Source of the DNA: Octopus vulgaris
Lineage: Eukaryota
Assembly: GCA_951406725.2 (NCBI GenBank)
Contig: OX597824.1
Location: forward strand, 98,022,001 to 98,086,000
Reading direction: 5' to 3'
DNA length: 64,000 nucleotides
Within the stretch, counting starts at the first letter, position 1. Each line of letters starts with the position of its first letter. Under the pieces are notes generated by a model. It was not told the origin of the DNA. It made no database searches and was given only the letters and a program-made list of their open reading frames with translations. Below are positions 1 to 13,031 of the stretch, piece after piece. The position numbers and the translations under genes are program-made.

Positions 1-275
1 AAGTCGTAACGATGCTAACAACTCGTTACCTTGAACACGTTTTTTTAGATACAATATGTCTGCTAACAGGAGGCAGTCAAGTCAGGAACACGCTTCGATT
101 CTGGGTCTGCTGGATTAAGCTTGACTTGAATAAGCAGCCACTACGACACACAGACACAACCGCTTATACATTATGCGGTGGTAGCATAAAGTCACACAGT
201 CATAGACAAAAATCATGTATTCGTAATCCAACTGAAGCCATCTTCTCTTTTCCAGACGTAATATGTATAGGATTG

Positions 276-418
276 AAGGCAGCGAGCTGGCAGAGACGTT
301 AGCACGCCGGGCGAAATGCTTAGTGGTATTTCGTCTGCCTTTCATAATTTCGGGTTCGATAAATTATGTACCAGTTGCGATAAATTAAGTACCGGGCCTT
401 GTGCCAAGAGTAGAAAAG
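276..418 (+). mobile_element. tRNA-headed SINE family A (Nin-like core), internally deleted, 16-bp TSD
   Basis: Head GGCAGCGAGCTGGCAGAGACGTTAGCACGCCGGGCGAAATGC matches other copies in the window. Direct repeat AATATGTATAGGATTG at 260-275 and 419-434. Confidence 0.85.
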
Positions 419-504
419 AATATGTATAGGATTGCATTGCTCAGTGTGTTTTTCTGCTTTTGGAACAAAAGAGTGTAAATGAGGAAGAAAACATATACAC
501 CATA

Positions 505-660
505 GGTGTGGCTGTCTAGTAAGAAGTTTGCTACCGAACCCCATGAATTCGGGTTCAATCCCATTGCGTGGCACCTTGGGCGAGTGTCTTTTACTAAAGC
601 CTTGGGACAGTCAAAGCCTTGTGAGTTGATTTAGTAGATGGAAAATGTAAGAAGCCTGTC
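505..660 (+). mobile_element. SINE family B, 5' part
   Basis: A/B-box-like head (GTGGCTGTCTAGTAAG...GGGTTCAATCCC) then GGCACCTTGGGCGAGTGTC; homologous to 30917-31360 and 28614-29020; runs into microsatellite. Confidence 0.8.
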
Positions 661-666
661 ATGGAT

Positions 667-671
667 ATATA

Positions 672-707
<36 letters not shown>

Positions 708-1125
708 TGTATGTATGTATGTATGTATGTATGTCTGTATGTATGTATGTATGTGTGTGTATGTATGTATGTATGTATGTATGTATGTATGTATGTATGT
801 ATGTATGTATGTATGTATGTATGTACGTGTATGTATGTATACGTACGTACGTACGTACGTACGTATGTATGTATGTATGTATGTATGTATGTATGTATGT
901 ATGTACGTACGTACGTACGTACGTACGTACGTACGTATGTATGTATGTAATGTATGTATGTATGTATGTATGTAGTAGTACGTACGTACGTACGTACGTA
1001 CGTACGTATGTATGTATGGTATGTATGGTATGTATGGTATGTATGGTATGTATGGTATGTATGTATGTATGTATGTATGTATGTATGTATGTACGTACGT
1101 ACGTACGTACGTACGTATACGTATG

Positions 1126-1157
<32 letters not shown>

Positions 1158-1208
1158 TGTATGTATGTATGTATGTATGTATGTATGTACGTACGTATGT
1201 ATGTATGT
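667..1208. repeat. compound microsatellite (TATG)n/(TACG)n/(TATGTATGG)n
   Basis: Directly visible; source of the MYVC/HTYI ORFs. Confidence 0.98.
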
Positions 1209-1465
1209 ACACTAGGCAATGTAGTCGTCGATATACATGGGATGGTCACGGTTGAATTGTCTTTATAATTAAAGGTTTGCTCAGTCACGTTCGACCTGAC
1301 TCTAAACAATAATTACAACAATAGCAGTAAAGAAACAATTGCGACACAGCAATTCCTTTTATCTGCATGTTCTGACCATGGCCACCCCTAACAACACCAA
1401 CAACATCAAAACTAGAAAAGTGACCGCGAAATAGCTGTAGGGATATTACAATGAACAGAAAAACT

Positions 1466-1518
<53 letters not shown>

Positions 1519-2850
1519 CTCTCTCTCTCTTTCTCTTGCTCTCTCTCTCTCACACACACACACCCTCTCTCCCTTTTTCTCACACTCTCTCTGTCTTTCT
1601 CCTGACCACAAGACAGAGTTCATTCCAAACAGAAGGACACCCCAATCCCCACCCAATACTTCTACCCGAAATCGAAACCTTATTGTCTATGTGTGTGTGT
1701 ATGCATGTGTGAATCTCTATATGAGTCTGTGTATGTGCGCGTGTGTGTGTGTGCGTGCGTGCATGTGTGTGTGTATATGTCTGTTTGATCTGACTGTATG
1801 TGTATTTAGGCTCCGCCATCAACTACACCGCCGCCGCCGCCTCATATTTGCCGTATGTTGGTGCAATAAAAACCCGGTGAAAACCGGAAATGCATAATTC
1901 GAAGCCATTTGAACGCAGCCATATTGGAAGTTAAGTTGGAAGAGGAAGACAAAGGTGGCGGCGCCGGTGGTGGCGCCGGTAGTGGGGATAACAGTAGAGA
2001 TTTTTGTAGGGTTTTTTTTATTTTTTGCTATTGTTATTATTGTTGTTATTGGTTTCGTTGTTGTTGTTGTTTTCTTCTTTTGAGGATGTATTTTTTCGAT
2101 GATCGTTGTTACTACAATTATCATTATCATTGTTGTTGTTGTTCTTGTTGTTGTTGTTACTATTATCACTGTTGTTGTTGCTGTTGTTAATGTTATAGCT
2201 GTTATTCCTTACTTATTGTTCTTTTTATAGTTGTTGTTGTTGCTGCTTAAGGAAAGGGGCTGAATGCAGGGGGTTATTACTCTTATTACTGTTGTTGTTA
2301 TTGTTACAAATATTGCTGCCCCCCTCCTTCTCCTCCCCCCCTTACCCAACAATTACGCGAACCGGTCACCTCAGTAATCACAACTTTAAATCCCAGTTCT
2401 AACGGCTGATCCACACTTCTAAAGTGGACGGAGGATCGTTTTATGTCCAACCACGACAACCACCACCACATCCACCCTTCTCTTATCTCTATCTGCGAAC
2501 GACATCGGCTCATTATGAGGAAACATCAAATACTAATCCATTATCTCACTCTCCCTTATCTTCTTCTCTTCTCTCCTTCCTCTCACCTTTATTCTTTCAT
2601 TCCTCTCTGTACTCCTTTCAATCTGCTTTATATATATTTATGGACATCAGCCCCCACACACGCTTTTTCTCACACACGTACATGCATATATGTACGCGTG
2701 CACACACATAATGCACATGCGTGTGTGTATGTGTGCATACGTACATGCTTATCCGAATATTCATATTGATCCATCAGTCTAGCAAGCTGGTTAGATTTAC
2801 AGCCTCATATATCTGTACATGCATATACATGCACACAGGCCCATATATAA

Positions 2851-2888
<38 letters not shown>

Positions 2889-3419
2889 AGTTTAAAATAT
2901 GCTAATATTAACAATTATAAAACTGATTTGTCCATTATGAAACATGCGTCCCTTTACATTAATGGTTCTCAAAGGTGTGTTCATGGTGTCTCGGAAAAAA
3001 TTCAACATTCTATTACAGGCTTTTACAATTTTGAACAAAAGGTTAGAATTAGTGAATTCTTGCAGGCGCGTCCATCGATATTTAATGAGGAATTTCCAGC
3101 TACCAACTGGTTACAACAGTCTATTTCCTATATAATGCATTTGCATGACCTTGACAGTTCGGTCATGTATTGAAAAAAAAAATCGCTCATCAACATAACT
3201 AAAATAACAATGGCGACGATGTTCCTTGATTTTGTGCATTTTATGTCTTTCATGCTTTCTCAGTATCAAATATCACGTAATTTGCATGTTAGTAGTCAAA
3301 TACATCACATGTCCTACGCGTGAAAACTGAACAGATAGAGGTATGCCGCATTTTCTAATGGTTTCAAAACAGCCAATCAAATACTGACGTCTATTTTGAT
3401 ATGGTTTACAAATGTTTTT

Positions 3420-3800
3420 ATAGAAAAGTGCAGCCTGCAGAGACCTATCTATTAACTACGAGTCATCCCTTCTCACTGGAACCGAGGCCAAAATTAATTT
3501 TTTGGGATATACAACAGCAAGGTGGTAGATAACGCCGTCAACATCAAACGATTCCAAAATATTCAACAAAACAATGGCTACCCACTACTTTTCGACAAAC
3601 GTTCGCATGAGCTTATCTACCAAAGGAAGGCCCACACTGTCAAAATTAGTATGTGCTTCTTGAGCCAGCCATATTTGAATGATATTGCCACAAGTGAAAT
3701 CCAGAAAGAGATGATCTGTAGAGAGAAAGATCACCACGTTGTCCTTGAAAAAATCCCTGTCTGACAGCAATAGGACATGCGCACTCGCCTGTCCATCTCT
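3420..3800 (+). mobile_element. degraded Penelope-like element RT thumb/linker fragment
   Basis: Frameshifted translation ..KSAACRDLSINYESSLL..AKINF..KRFQNIQQNNGYP..FLSQPYLND resembles the PLE motifs YRK...H..SA.P...K, L..NGYP and LPY. Confidence 0.55.
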
Positions 3801-4173
3801 TAACAGATATTCACACAAAGCTGCTGCATCATCAGCCATGTCAACATATGATGCCCCCCCCCCTGGGATGTACCACATAGTCTACAATATATTCGTGAAT
3901 ACCATTGGTTAATTTAACGACTACAAAATATCAAACAGACACATCCAAGAATCTTTTCTAGTTTTCTTTTAAATAGGATTGGCATAAAACTAAAATAGGC
4001 TAAAAAAAAATATGCCGGAACGAACAGACTTTCTTCCTGAACGTCAAATTAAAACACTTTGCTATTTTCTCGCCTTCTCTGTCTTTTCGTTTTTGTGTGA
4101 TTTTAAACCATATAAAAATAAACGTTCAGTTTGATCCTGCCTGGCTGAACCACCTCCTATCTCAGACCCTCAT

Positions 4174-4696
4174 CTTTCCTACTTTCTTATTTCTTCATTG
4201 CCCACAAGGGGCTAAATATAGAAGGGACAAACAAGGACAGTCAAACGGATTAAGTCGATTACATCGACCCCAGTGCGTAACTGGTACTTATTTAATCGAC
4301 CCCGAAAGGATGAAAGGCAAAGTCAACCTCGGCAGAATTTGAACTCAGAACGTAACGGCAGACGAAATACGGCTAAGCATTTCGCCCGGTGCGCTAACGT
4401 TTCTGTCAGCTCGACGCCTTATTTCTACTTTCCTACTTTCTTATTTCTTCATTGCCCACAAGGGGCTAAATATAGAAGGGACAAACAAGGACAGACAAAC
4501 GGATTAAGTCGATTACATCGACCCCAGTGCGTAACTGGTACTTATTTAATCGACCCCGAAAGGATGAAAGGCAAAGTCAACCTCGGCAGAATTTGAACTC
4601 AGAACGTGACGGCAGACGAAATACGGCTAAGCATTTCGCCCGGTGCGCTAACGTTTCTGTCAGCTCGACGCCTTATTTCTACTTTCCTACTTTCTT
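4174..4696 (-). mobile_element. two head-to-tail copies of SINE family A (254-bp period)
   Basis: Units start at 4174 and 4428. The 15-mer CTTTCCTACTTTCTT occurs at 4174, 4428 and 4682. Copies are nearly identical. Confidence 0.92.
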
Positions 4697-5302
4697 CTCG
4701 GGTTTTTGCCTCCTCTCATGAGTCACTTCACCACCACTTCACCCGGATTACCATTGGAACTTTATGCTTCTCGGATTCTACCACCATGGAGCTTACTGTA
4801 CACTGTAGTTGATTCCCATATAGATTTAATTTGATTCACAACTGGTGACTATTCTCTTGTATCTGGTGAAAGCATAAAACGTGGTGCTGTGGCTGTCATC
4901 GCGTATTTATTTTGATTTGGGGAGACATGGGAATAAATTGGGGGGTGACGGATGTTAGAACATGTTAGGACAAGTTTTGACACGTTATAATATTTAAGAT
5001 TAAGGGCCGTTTGCATGGGATTAACTGATTAAACATATAAAAGAGACTGAAGGCCACAGAATAGGGGAAATGGATTCATTTAAACAGACTTTGTGTAAGA
5101 CAAACAATGTTACATGGGGATGGGGAGGGTGGATGAACGGGAGGAGGAGGAGGGGAGAGTTATAAAGAGAGAGAAAGGGGGGAGTTGTGAGGGTGTCTAG
5201 ACTTTAGCACCATTGATGTCTAGAGTTGATGAAGATGGAAGGGGTTCAGAAATTAAACAATAGGTAATCAATTAAAAACTGACAACTAATTGATATGGGA
5301 AA

Positions 5303-5509
5303 ATGACGACGACGACGACGACGAAGACGAAGAAGATGATATTGATGATGATGATGAGGAGGAGGATGATGATGAGGAGGAGGAGGAGGGATGATATGAT
5401 GATGATGGTGACGGTGATGATGATGATGATGATGATGATGATGGTGATGGTGGATGATGAAGATAATGATGATGATGGTGGATGATGATGATGATGATGA
5501 TGGTGATGG

Positions 5510-5542
<33 letters not shown>

Positions 5543-5776
5543 GTGGATGATGATGATGATGACCGATCGGTCATTAAACAGCAACGACACCAATACAGCA
5601 ATATTGATAATTATGTCGCAATAAAAGATTTACAACAGTTCTGTAATGACACACAGACAGAACGGGGAGAGGGGAGAGGGGAGGGGGAGGGGGAGGGGAG
5701 AGGAGAGAAGTCGGCGGGAGATTGTATATATAATATTGTTTCAGACAGTTTTAATGTTGCTTTAATATAAGAGTTA

Positions 5777-5865
<89 letters not shown>

Positions 5866-6655
5866 GTGACGACGATGATGAAGACATGACGACGTCGACA
5901 ACAACGATGATGATGATGACAACGATGATGATGAGGAGGAGGATGATCTTTCAAATAGTGAAGATGTTGCTGATATCAATAGCATCATCATTATCATCAT
6001 CATCACCACCAACCACAACCACCATCTTCATCTTCATCATCATCATCATCATTACTAAGACGATTAGGATTTGGATGGTTAGGGTTGGTGAGTGGGTAGT
6101 AGTGGTGGCAGTGGTGGTGGTGGTGGTGGTGGTGGTGGTGGTGGTGGTGGTGGTGGTGGTGGTGGTGGTGGGCCAAATAGAAAAAAGATAACTCTGATGA
6201 CAAGGTATCACTAAAACTACAATAAATTCGTCTGACCGCTTCCGTGCCCCCCCCCCCCCCGCCCTCCATTCCCTCGTTCTCCGCCAACCAACTCCAGCAT
6301 GACCATCACCACATCAATCACCACCTGCCTTACATCAAAAGCACCACCTCCACTGCCATCGCCCACACCATTCACCATCTGTATCGTCGCCATCGACACC
6401 AACACCGACGACATCGCTGCAGACAATAGCAATAATCATAGCAACAACAACAACAGCACTGGAGTTAGCGCCACCACCACTACCATAGCCACCACCATCA
6501 ACACCACCACCACCACGGCTACCACAATCATCATCACCACCATCATCACCACCATCATCGCTATCACCACCACCACCATCAACACCACCACCATCATCAC
6601 CACCATCATCGGTACCACTACCACCACCACCACCACGGCCACCACCACTCCATAC
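5303..6655. repeat. trinucleotide repeat field: (GAT)n, (GGC)28 at 5778-5861, (GGT)n, (CAC/CAT)n
   Basis: Directly visible. Confidence 0.95.
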
Positions 6656-7259
6656 TACTCCGTCAACATCAGTTTCCATCTTCCCTAATCACAACCAGTA
6701 TTAACCCGTTAACAACGACAACGACAACTCCCCCCCCCGACCTCCCTCCTCAATGCGACTCCATTCCACCCCCTCCAACCACTGCCTCCACCACCACCAC
6801 CACTCACCCACCAATGACTCGCCAATGACGTTTTCGGTAAATTTTTCTCACTTTTTTGTCCCAGGTTCTTTTTTTTATTCCATTTCGCCTATTTTTTTGT
6901 AGTTCGAACGTGTATTCGTTCCGCTTGGTCGAGTAGATGTTTCGGTTGGCTGCCTTCAGGAACCCCCCCTTTGCAGGCTGTGCGAGCGAGGGGAGAAACA
7001 GCCTGGAACCCGTATGCCAAGTGAAACGTGACTGTTGTCTACGGCAAGGGACAATAACATAACGCCCTTCCTCTCAACCAGATAAGGCGGCGGCGGCGGT
7101 GGTGGTGGTCGTGGGGAGAGAGGGTAGAGATTTCCAGCTTTACGTACAATTCCGAGCTACGTAATGCTTAAAGGACATTAAAGCCAAAAAATAATAGGAG
7201 CAAAGAAAAGAAAAGGAAAAGCCAGAAACATAAAAAGCCAAAACAACAGCAAAAAAACA

Positions 7260-7348
<89 letters not shown>

Positions 7349-7572
7349 ACGTCACTGGGTTTAGGGCGTGATGCTTTTATTAAGTTATGAGGGCAGATAA
7401 ATAAATATGAAGGAAAATGATGATTGCTTCTGTAGTATTTGAGTCCCGACAATTAGGGGGGGGTCATCCCTTAGATGACACACAACTGAACGCACCGAGT
7501 TCAGTGTAAAGGGGAAAAAAGGGGGAAAAAACTGGGTTATCAGGAGTTTTTTATGAGATGATGTTGAATGGT

Positions 7573-7618
7573 TTGTAGGTTGCAATCAGATTCGTTCACT
7601 TTATTATCTCTCTTTCTC

Positions 7619-7663
<45 letters not shown>

Positions 7664-7788
7664 TGTGTGTAAGATGTATCATATACGATTTTTATGAGGG
7701 AAAGATTGACACTGACGTCCAAGCTGTTTCGGATTTCTTTCCTTCGTCAGAAGTTTCGACGAAAGACATCCGATAGAATACAGGATCT
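7573..7788 (-). repeat. left arm of inverted repeat (partner 8709-8978), PLE pseudo-LTR-like
   Basis: Reverse complement of 8709-8978 apart from a few substitutions and microsatellite length. Confidence 0.9.
7708..7757 (-). ncRNA. minimal type I hammerhead ribozyme motif
   Basis: Minus strand reads CUGACGA-A-GGA-AAGAAA-UCC-GAAAC-AGCUUGGAC-GUC. Stem I is weak in this copy. Confidence 0.55.
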
Positions 7789-8063
7789 GTTCCAGAATGT
7801 GTGACAGTCTGAAAAGAATCACAAATATCGAAGCCAATCTGTTCGAATAGACCCTTCAAGGTCGCACTTCAATGACTGAAGCCAGTAAATGATTAAAGGT
7901 ATTCGTGTGTGTTCTTAGCTTAATGCTTTGTACTTAATTTTGCTATTCCAAGTATGAAAGCACCTCCCGCTGCATTTCAGTGTGCGCATCGTTAACCAAT
8001 GTTTTCGTTCTTTCAACAGGTGGAACCCTGGTGGTAGTTATTATAGGGGAGATAATATATGTA

Positions 8064-8537
8064 CAGGGGTTGGACAAAATAATGGAAACACCTAGCATCA
8101 TAGCATCATAATTTTGAAATATCTATAAAACCGTCAAATGCTTGTTTATTTTTATGTTTTGGGATTTATTATTAGTGTTGCTTAATATGTTTTGCTAAAA
8201 TTCCTCTTTTTTTTCAGATATCATCAGAAAAAAGTAATTAGAATTCATTAAAATGACAGATCTATCGGACTTTCAAGGAGGTCAAATTATTGGTGCTCGT
8301 ACGGCAAGCGCTAGCGTAACGAAAACAGCCGAAATGTTTGGTGTATCAAGAAGTACTCTCTCGAAAGTAATGACAGCCCTTGAGAAAGAGGGAAAAAACC
8401 TCCTCGTCGAAACAAAACTCAGGAAGAAAACCAAATCTTTCAGATAGGGAACTGGAGACTGCCTTAGCTGAAGAATGGGCAAAAATTCCTTTGGAAACAA
8501 TTCAAACTTTGCACGAGTCCATACCTCGTAGAAATGA
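8064..8537 (+). mobile_element. Tc1-like DNA transposon relic (left TIR plus internally deleted transposase)
   Basis: TA|CAGGGGTTGGACAAAATAATGGAAACACC TIR. N-terminal HTH MTDLSDFQGGQIIGARTASASVTKTAEMFGVSRSTLSKV joined to C-terminal ELETALAEEWAKIPLETIQTLHESIPRR. No right TIR seen. Confidence 0.85.
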
Positions 8538-8708
8538 AGTCACCCTAAGGGGACATCTGTTCGCCATTGGATGATGGAGATGAACGCTTGTACAGCACAA
8601 TCGCCACTCTCTGAGTCTCCGTGATAAGTACTATAGGGACAGGCCAAAGGGATATATGACCAGTAACCAGGTGAAGCCGCTGCTTTTACATCAAAATTTC
8701 CCTCTCCT

Positions 8709-8828
8709 AGATCCTCTATTCTATTGGATGTCTTTCGTCGAGACTTCTGACGAAGGAAAGAAATTCGAAACAGCTTGGATGTCAGTGTCAATCTTTTCCT
8801 CATAAAAGTCGTATATGATACATCTTAC

Positions 8829-8915
<87 letters not shown>

Positions 8916-8978
8916 ACAGAGAGAGAGAGAGAGAGAAAGAGAGATAATAAAGTGAACGAATCTGATTGCAACCTACAA
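8709..8978 (+). repeat. right arm of inverted repeat (partner 7573-7788)
   Basis: Reverse complement of the left arm; includes (CA)n(GA)n and about 40 bp of unique sequence beyond. Confidence 0.9.
8740..8789 (+). ncRNA. minimal type I hammerhead ribozyme motif
   Basis: CUGACGA 8747-8753; short stem II; GAAA 8767-8770; stem III ACA/UGU; GUC 8781-8783; bulged stem I GACUU/AGUGUC. Confidence 0.62.
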
Positions 8979-9214
8979 CTAAGGGTATTTTTGCGTCCCC
9001 GCACTCAGGTGGTTAACCCATACTTGGGACCCAAACAGGTGTTACTGCTCTGGATCAGATTAGAACTTGGTACGATAGGGGCTAAGAGATGGTTTCACGT
9101 TTCCCAAAATCTTGGACTTCCGAACCAGAGCCACTCTACCGGATGCACTTTAAAACCGTATCTAGGACATACATATGTATGCTTGTTTGTATGTATACAT
9201 GAATGGATGTATGT

Positions 9215-9225
9215 GTGCAGATACA

Positions 9226-9290
<65 letters not shown>

Positions 9291-9402
9291 ATACATACAT
9301 ATGTGCATGTGATAAATAAAATGAGACAACAAAGCCAACGTATATATACGTATATATATATATATATACGTACTTATACATATACTTACATATATATATA
9401 TA

Positions 9403-9446
<44 letters not shown>

Positions 9447-9878
9447 AGAAAACATATATAACAGCATGTTTACACACAAAGGCACATACATACATACAAA
9501 CATACATACATACATACATACATACAAACAAGCATGCATACATACATACATACATACATACATACATACATACATACATACATACATACATACAAACACA
9601 TACATACATACATATACATACATATACATACATACATATACATACATACATATACATACATACATACATACATACATACATACATACATACATACACACA
9701 AACACATACATACATACATACATACATACACACAAACATACATACATACATACATACAAACAAGCATGCATACATACATACATACATACATATATACATA
9801 CATACATATTATATACATACATACATACATATATACATACATACATACATACATACATACATACATACATACATACAA

Positions 9879-9911
<33 letters not shown>

Positions 9912-10069
9912 CATACATACATACATACATACATACATACATACATACAAACATACAAACATACATACATACATACATACATATATACATACATACATAC
10001 ATACATACAAACATACAAACATACATACATACATACATACATATATACATACATACATACATACATACA

Positions 10070-10103
<34 letters not shown>

Positions 10104-10133
10104 CATACATACATACATACATACATACATACA

Positions 10134-10167
<34 letters not shown>

Positions 10168-10478
10168 CATACATACATACATATGAATGTAATGCAATAT
10201 ATTTGAAACGATAGGCAATATAATTAAAAATGAATAAGCCACAACAATGCATATCGAAAACAAATTCAGTTGCATACATTTATACACACACACATACATA
10301 CATACATGCATACTGCATATATACATATATACTGCATATATATATACATATATATATATATATACTGCATATATATATATATATACATACACATCACTAT
10401 ATATCCGTTTCTTTGGTTTTCCTGTCTAGACAGATTTTGATACAATCTTATTTGTTTATTTAACTTAAATACATTAAA

Positions 10479-10569
<91 letters not shown>

Positions 10570-10790
10570 CATATATATATATAAATATACATACATACAT
10601 ACACATATACATACATACATACATACATACATACATACATACATACATACATACATACATACATACACACACGCACACACACACATACATACATACATAA
10701 ATACATATATACATACATACAGACATACATACATACATACATACATACATACATACATACATACATACATACATACATACATACATACAT
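9215..10790. repeat. large compound (CATA)n/(TA)n/(CA)n microsatellite field
   Basis: Directly visible, with short unique interruptions. Confidence 0.95.
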
Positions 10791-11602
10791 ACTGCAAATT
10801 CTTCCACTTCTAGAATTTCTCTTCGCCGTGTTCTTTCTCTAATTAAAGCAAATTCTAAATCAGTTTGATATTTCAGATTTGTTCCAAATCAACCTTTTGT
10901 CCTTCACCAAACTCGAGTCCATTTCTTCAGCTCCAACTTTCTTTTTCGAATGTTTTCTCACACTTTGAACAAATGGTTCTTGAATCATCAGAAAAATTAA
11001 AACAAATAAATAAATAAAAACAGAAAAAGTAAGATACCAAACTTCCCTTTGTAATCACTGATGAATTCGTTATTTTTACCAAATAATCCAGAGAAATGAT
11101 GTTGAGGACTTTTGATGTTTGAACGATCGAGTTTGGCAGTTTGCTGCGATCAAGGCTCGGTCTCTGCATTCAATCTGGTCTTCAACAATTATTGTATCTC
11201 ACTCAAATTGATTTGTGATCGAGATCATCTCCTTCACGTAAATCGACCAGAAAGTGCTTGTTTGCGACTCCGAGCTGATGTGTGTGTGTGTGTGTGTGTG
11301 TGTTTGTGTGTTTGTGTCTCTGTGACCCACCACCGCTTCACAACCCGTATTGGTGTGTTTACGCCCCCATAACTTAGCTGTTCGGCGACAGACACCGATA
11401 GAATAAGTACCAGACTTTAAAAAAGGACAACCCACCACAAATGTTTTCCATCCATGACCATCATGCTATTTTAGACATAGTTGATCTCAGATTATAATAT
11501 CCAATATGTCGTTTATAGGCGGTGTAGTTTGACTGCTATGTTTAGCAATCCAGAAGGACACATTGATTCCGGCTTTCTTTAAAAGTGGTTGGTCGAGGAC
11601 AA

Positions 11603-11827
11603 GATGACGTCATCGGGTGAACGAGATCGGTGTGTTTAATAGAGCGTAACGAGCACCTGGGGGAAGGGAGAAGGGGGGAGGTCTCTATTGGCCTCAGCCC
11701 CTCTCCATGGTGACGACGTAATGTGACGTCACTTGGTTGTGTTTTGTGGTGCAGGGACACAAATAGAGGAGACGATATACGGATAGGAGTTAGTTCAATG
11801 TGTTTAGGGGTCATAAGGTCACGGTCA
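11603..11827. promoter_or_regulatory. candidate enhancer/promoter motif cluster (2 full CRE, CCAAT, nuclear-receptor DR2/DR0)
   Basis: TGACGTCA at 11605-11612 and 11724-11731; ATTGG 11687-11691; AGTTCA 11792-11797; GGGTCA-TA-AGGTCA-CGGTCA 11808-11827. Motif evidence only. Confidence 0.4.
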
Positions 11828-12200
11828 AATCAATAGCTGGGAAGTGGCGGTGGTGGCAGGGTGGAGGTGCATTTGGCTGAGGGGGGAATGGGAGAGGGAG
11901 GCGGGTGGCGGAGGGTATTTCTAAAGGCTTATTCAAGTTGTAAATAAAATACCTGCTTTTATTTCAGGACAAGAAAGTAAATTGAACGAAGACAAACATA
12001 AATAGAAACAAAGCATCGGGAGAAGAAGGAGAGGAAGAAGAAGGAGAGGGGAGTAGAGAAGAGAAAGAGGGAGAAGGGAGAAGGAAGGAAAGAAGAAGAA
12101 GGAGAAGGGGATTAGTTTGTATGAGAATGAAAGAGGAAAGACAAAAGGGGTTTAAAATCTGGACGGCCAAGATACAAAGAAATTCTGAGTTTGGTCTCTT

Positions 12201-12248
<48 letters not shown>

Positions 12249-12502
12249 ATGCACTCACACACACACACACATACATAGATAATACATACATACATACATA
12301 CATACACACACACAAACACACAAAAATACATACATACACACATACACACACATACATGCATACATATATACACGCACAAACGCACACACAAACGCATACA
12401 TACATACATACATACATACATACATACATACATACATACATACATACATACATACATACATACATACATACATACATACATACATACACACATACATACA
12501 TA

Positions 12503-13031
12503 GGATCGAGGTGTAGGAAAAAAGTTAGCTTCGAGCAATCCGTAGTAAATATTTTTAAAAAAAAAACTTTTCGGGTCCAGTAGGGGTTTATTGAGACGGA
12601 AGGTTGCAGACCATTTTTCTTTATCGGAGAACGATGAGCTGAAAAAAGGTATTTTTATATTCCGCGGTAGGCGACCAAGGTTGACGAATGTGTGAAAAAG
12701 AATACAAGAGTTACGGAATGGAATATGGGAAATCCGGACTACGTATGTTTGATAGCAAGTGGAACTTCAGAAGTAGTAAAATCCGAGTGAGGATTCGATT
12801 AAAGGCTATATTGTCACATGGAGGTACATGTTAATTCAAAGAGGATTCGGTCAGAATATCGTCTTTGTATTAACACGTACTTCCTTGCGACAATGTAGCC
12901 TTTAATCGAATCAAAATATCCTTGGCCTGAAGAGAAGCCGGCAGGATACACCTCGCTTGGATATTTACCACTTCAGAGGTTCCACTCGCTATGAAACATA
13001 TTTAGCCCGGATTTCCCATACTCCATTCCGT
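12503..13031. mobile_element. PLE-like fold-back element: minus-strand tail, long imperfect hairpin and plus-strand hammerhead
   Basis: About 12712-12791 pairs with about 12951-13031; inner hairpin 12792-12912; 12503-12791 is a diverged reverse complement of 17018-17308. Confidence 0.7.
12918..13012 (+). ncRNA. degenerate type I hammerhead with extended stem II
   Basis: Stem I AUCC-UU-GGC / GCC-C-GGAU; CUGAAGA 12927-12933; GAAAC 12993-12997; AUAU loop; UUA here where the sister copy has GUA. Confidence 0.5.

Noticed and set aside
1811-1852. Possible micro-exon (AG|GCTCCGCC...TTGCC|GTATGT)
   Set aside because: Weak pyrimidine tract, too short to assess, no recognisable peptide.
4097-4721. 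Recurrent SINE-derived ORFs (MRNWYLFNRPRKDERQS...)
   Set aside because: Antisense translations of SINE family A, not genes.
11057-11100. CTGATGA...GAAA hammerhead-like match
   Set aside because: No stem II/III or NUH site can be formed.
10793-11200. Coding-like minus-strand stretch (..DLEFALIRERTRRREILEVEEFA)
   Set aside because: Stops in all frames and no identifiable family; possibly a degraded TE or pseudogene.
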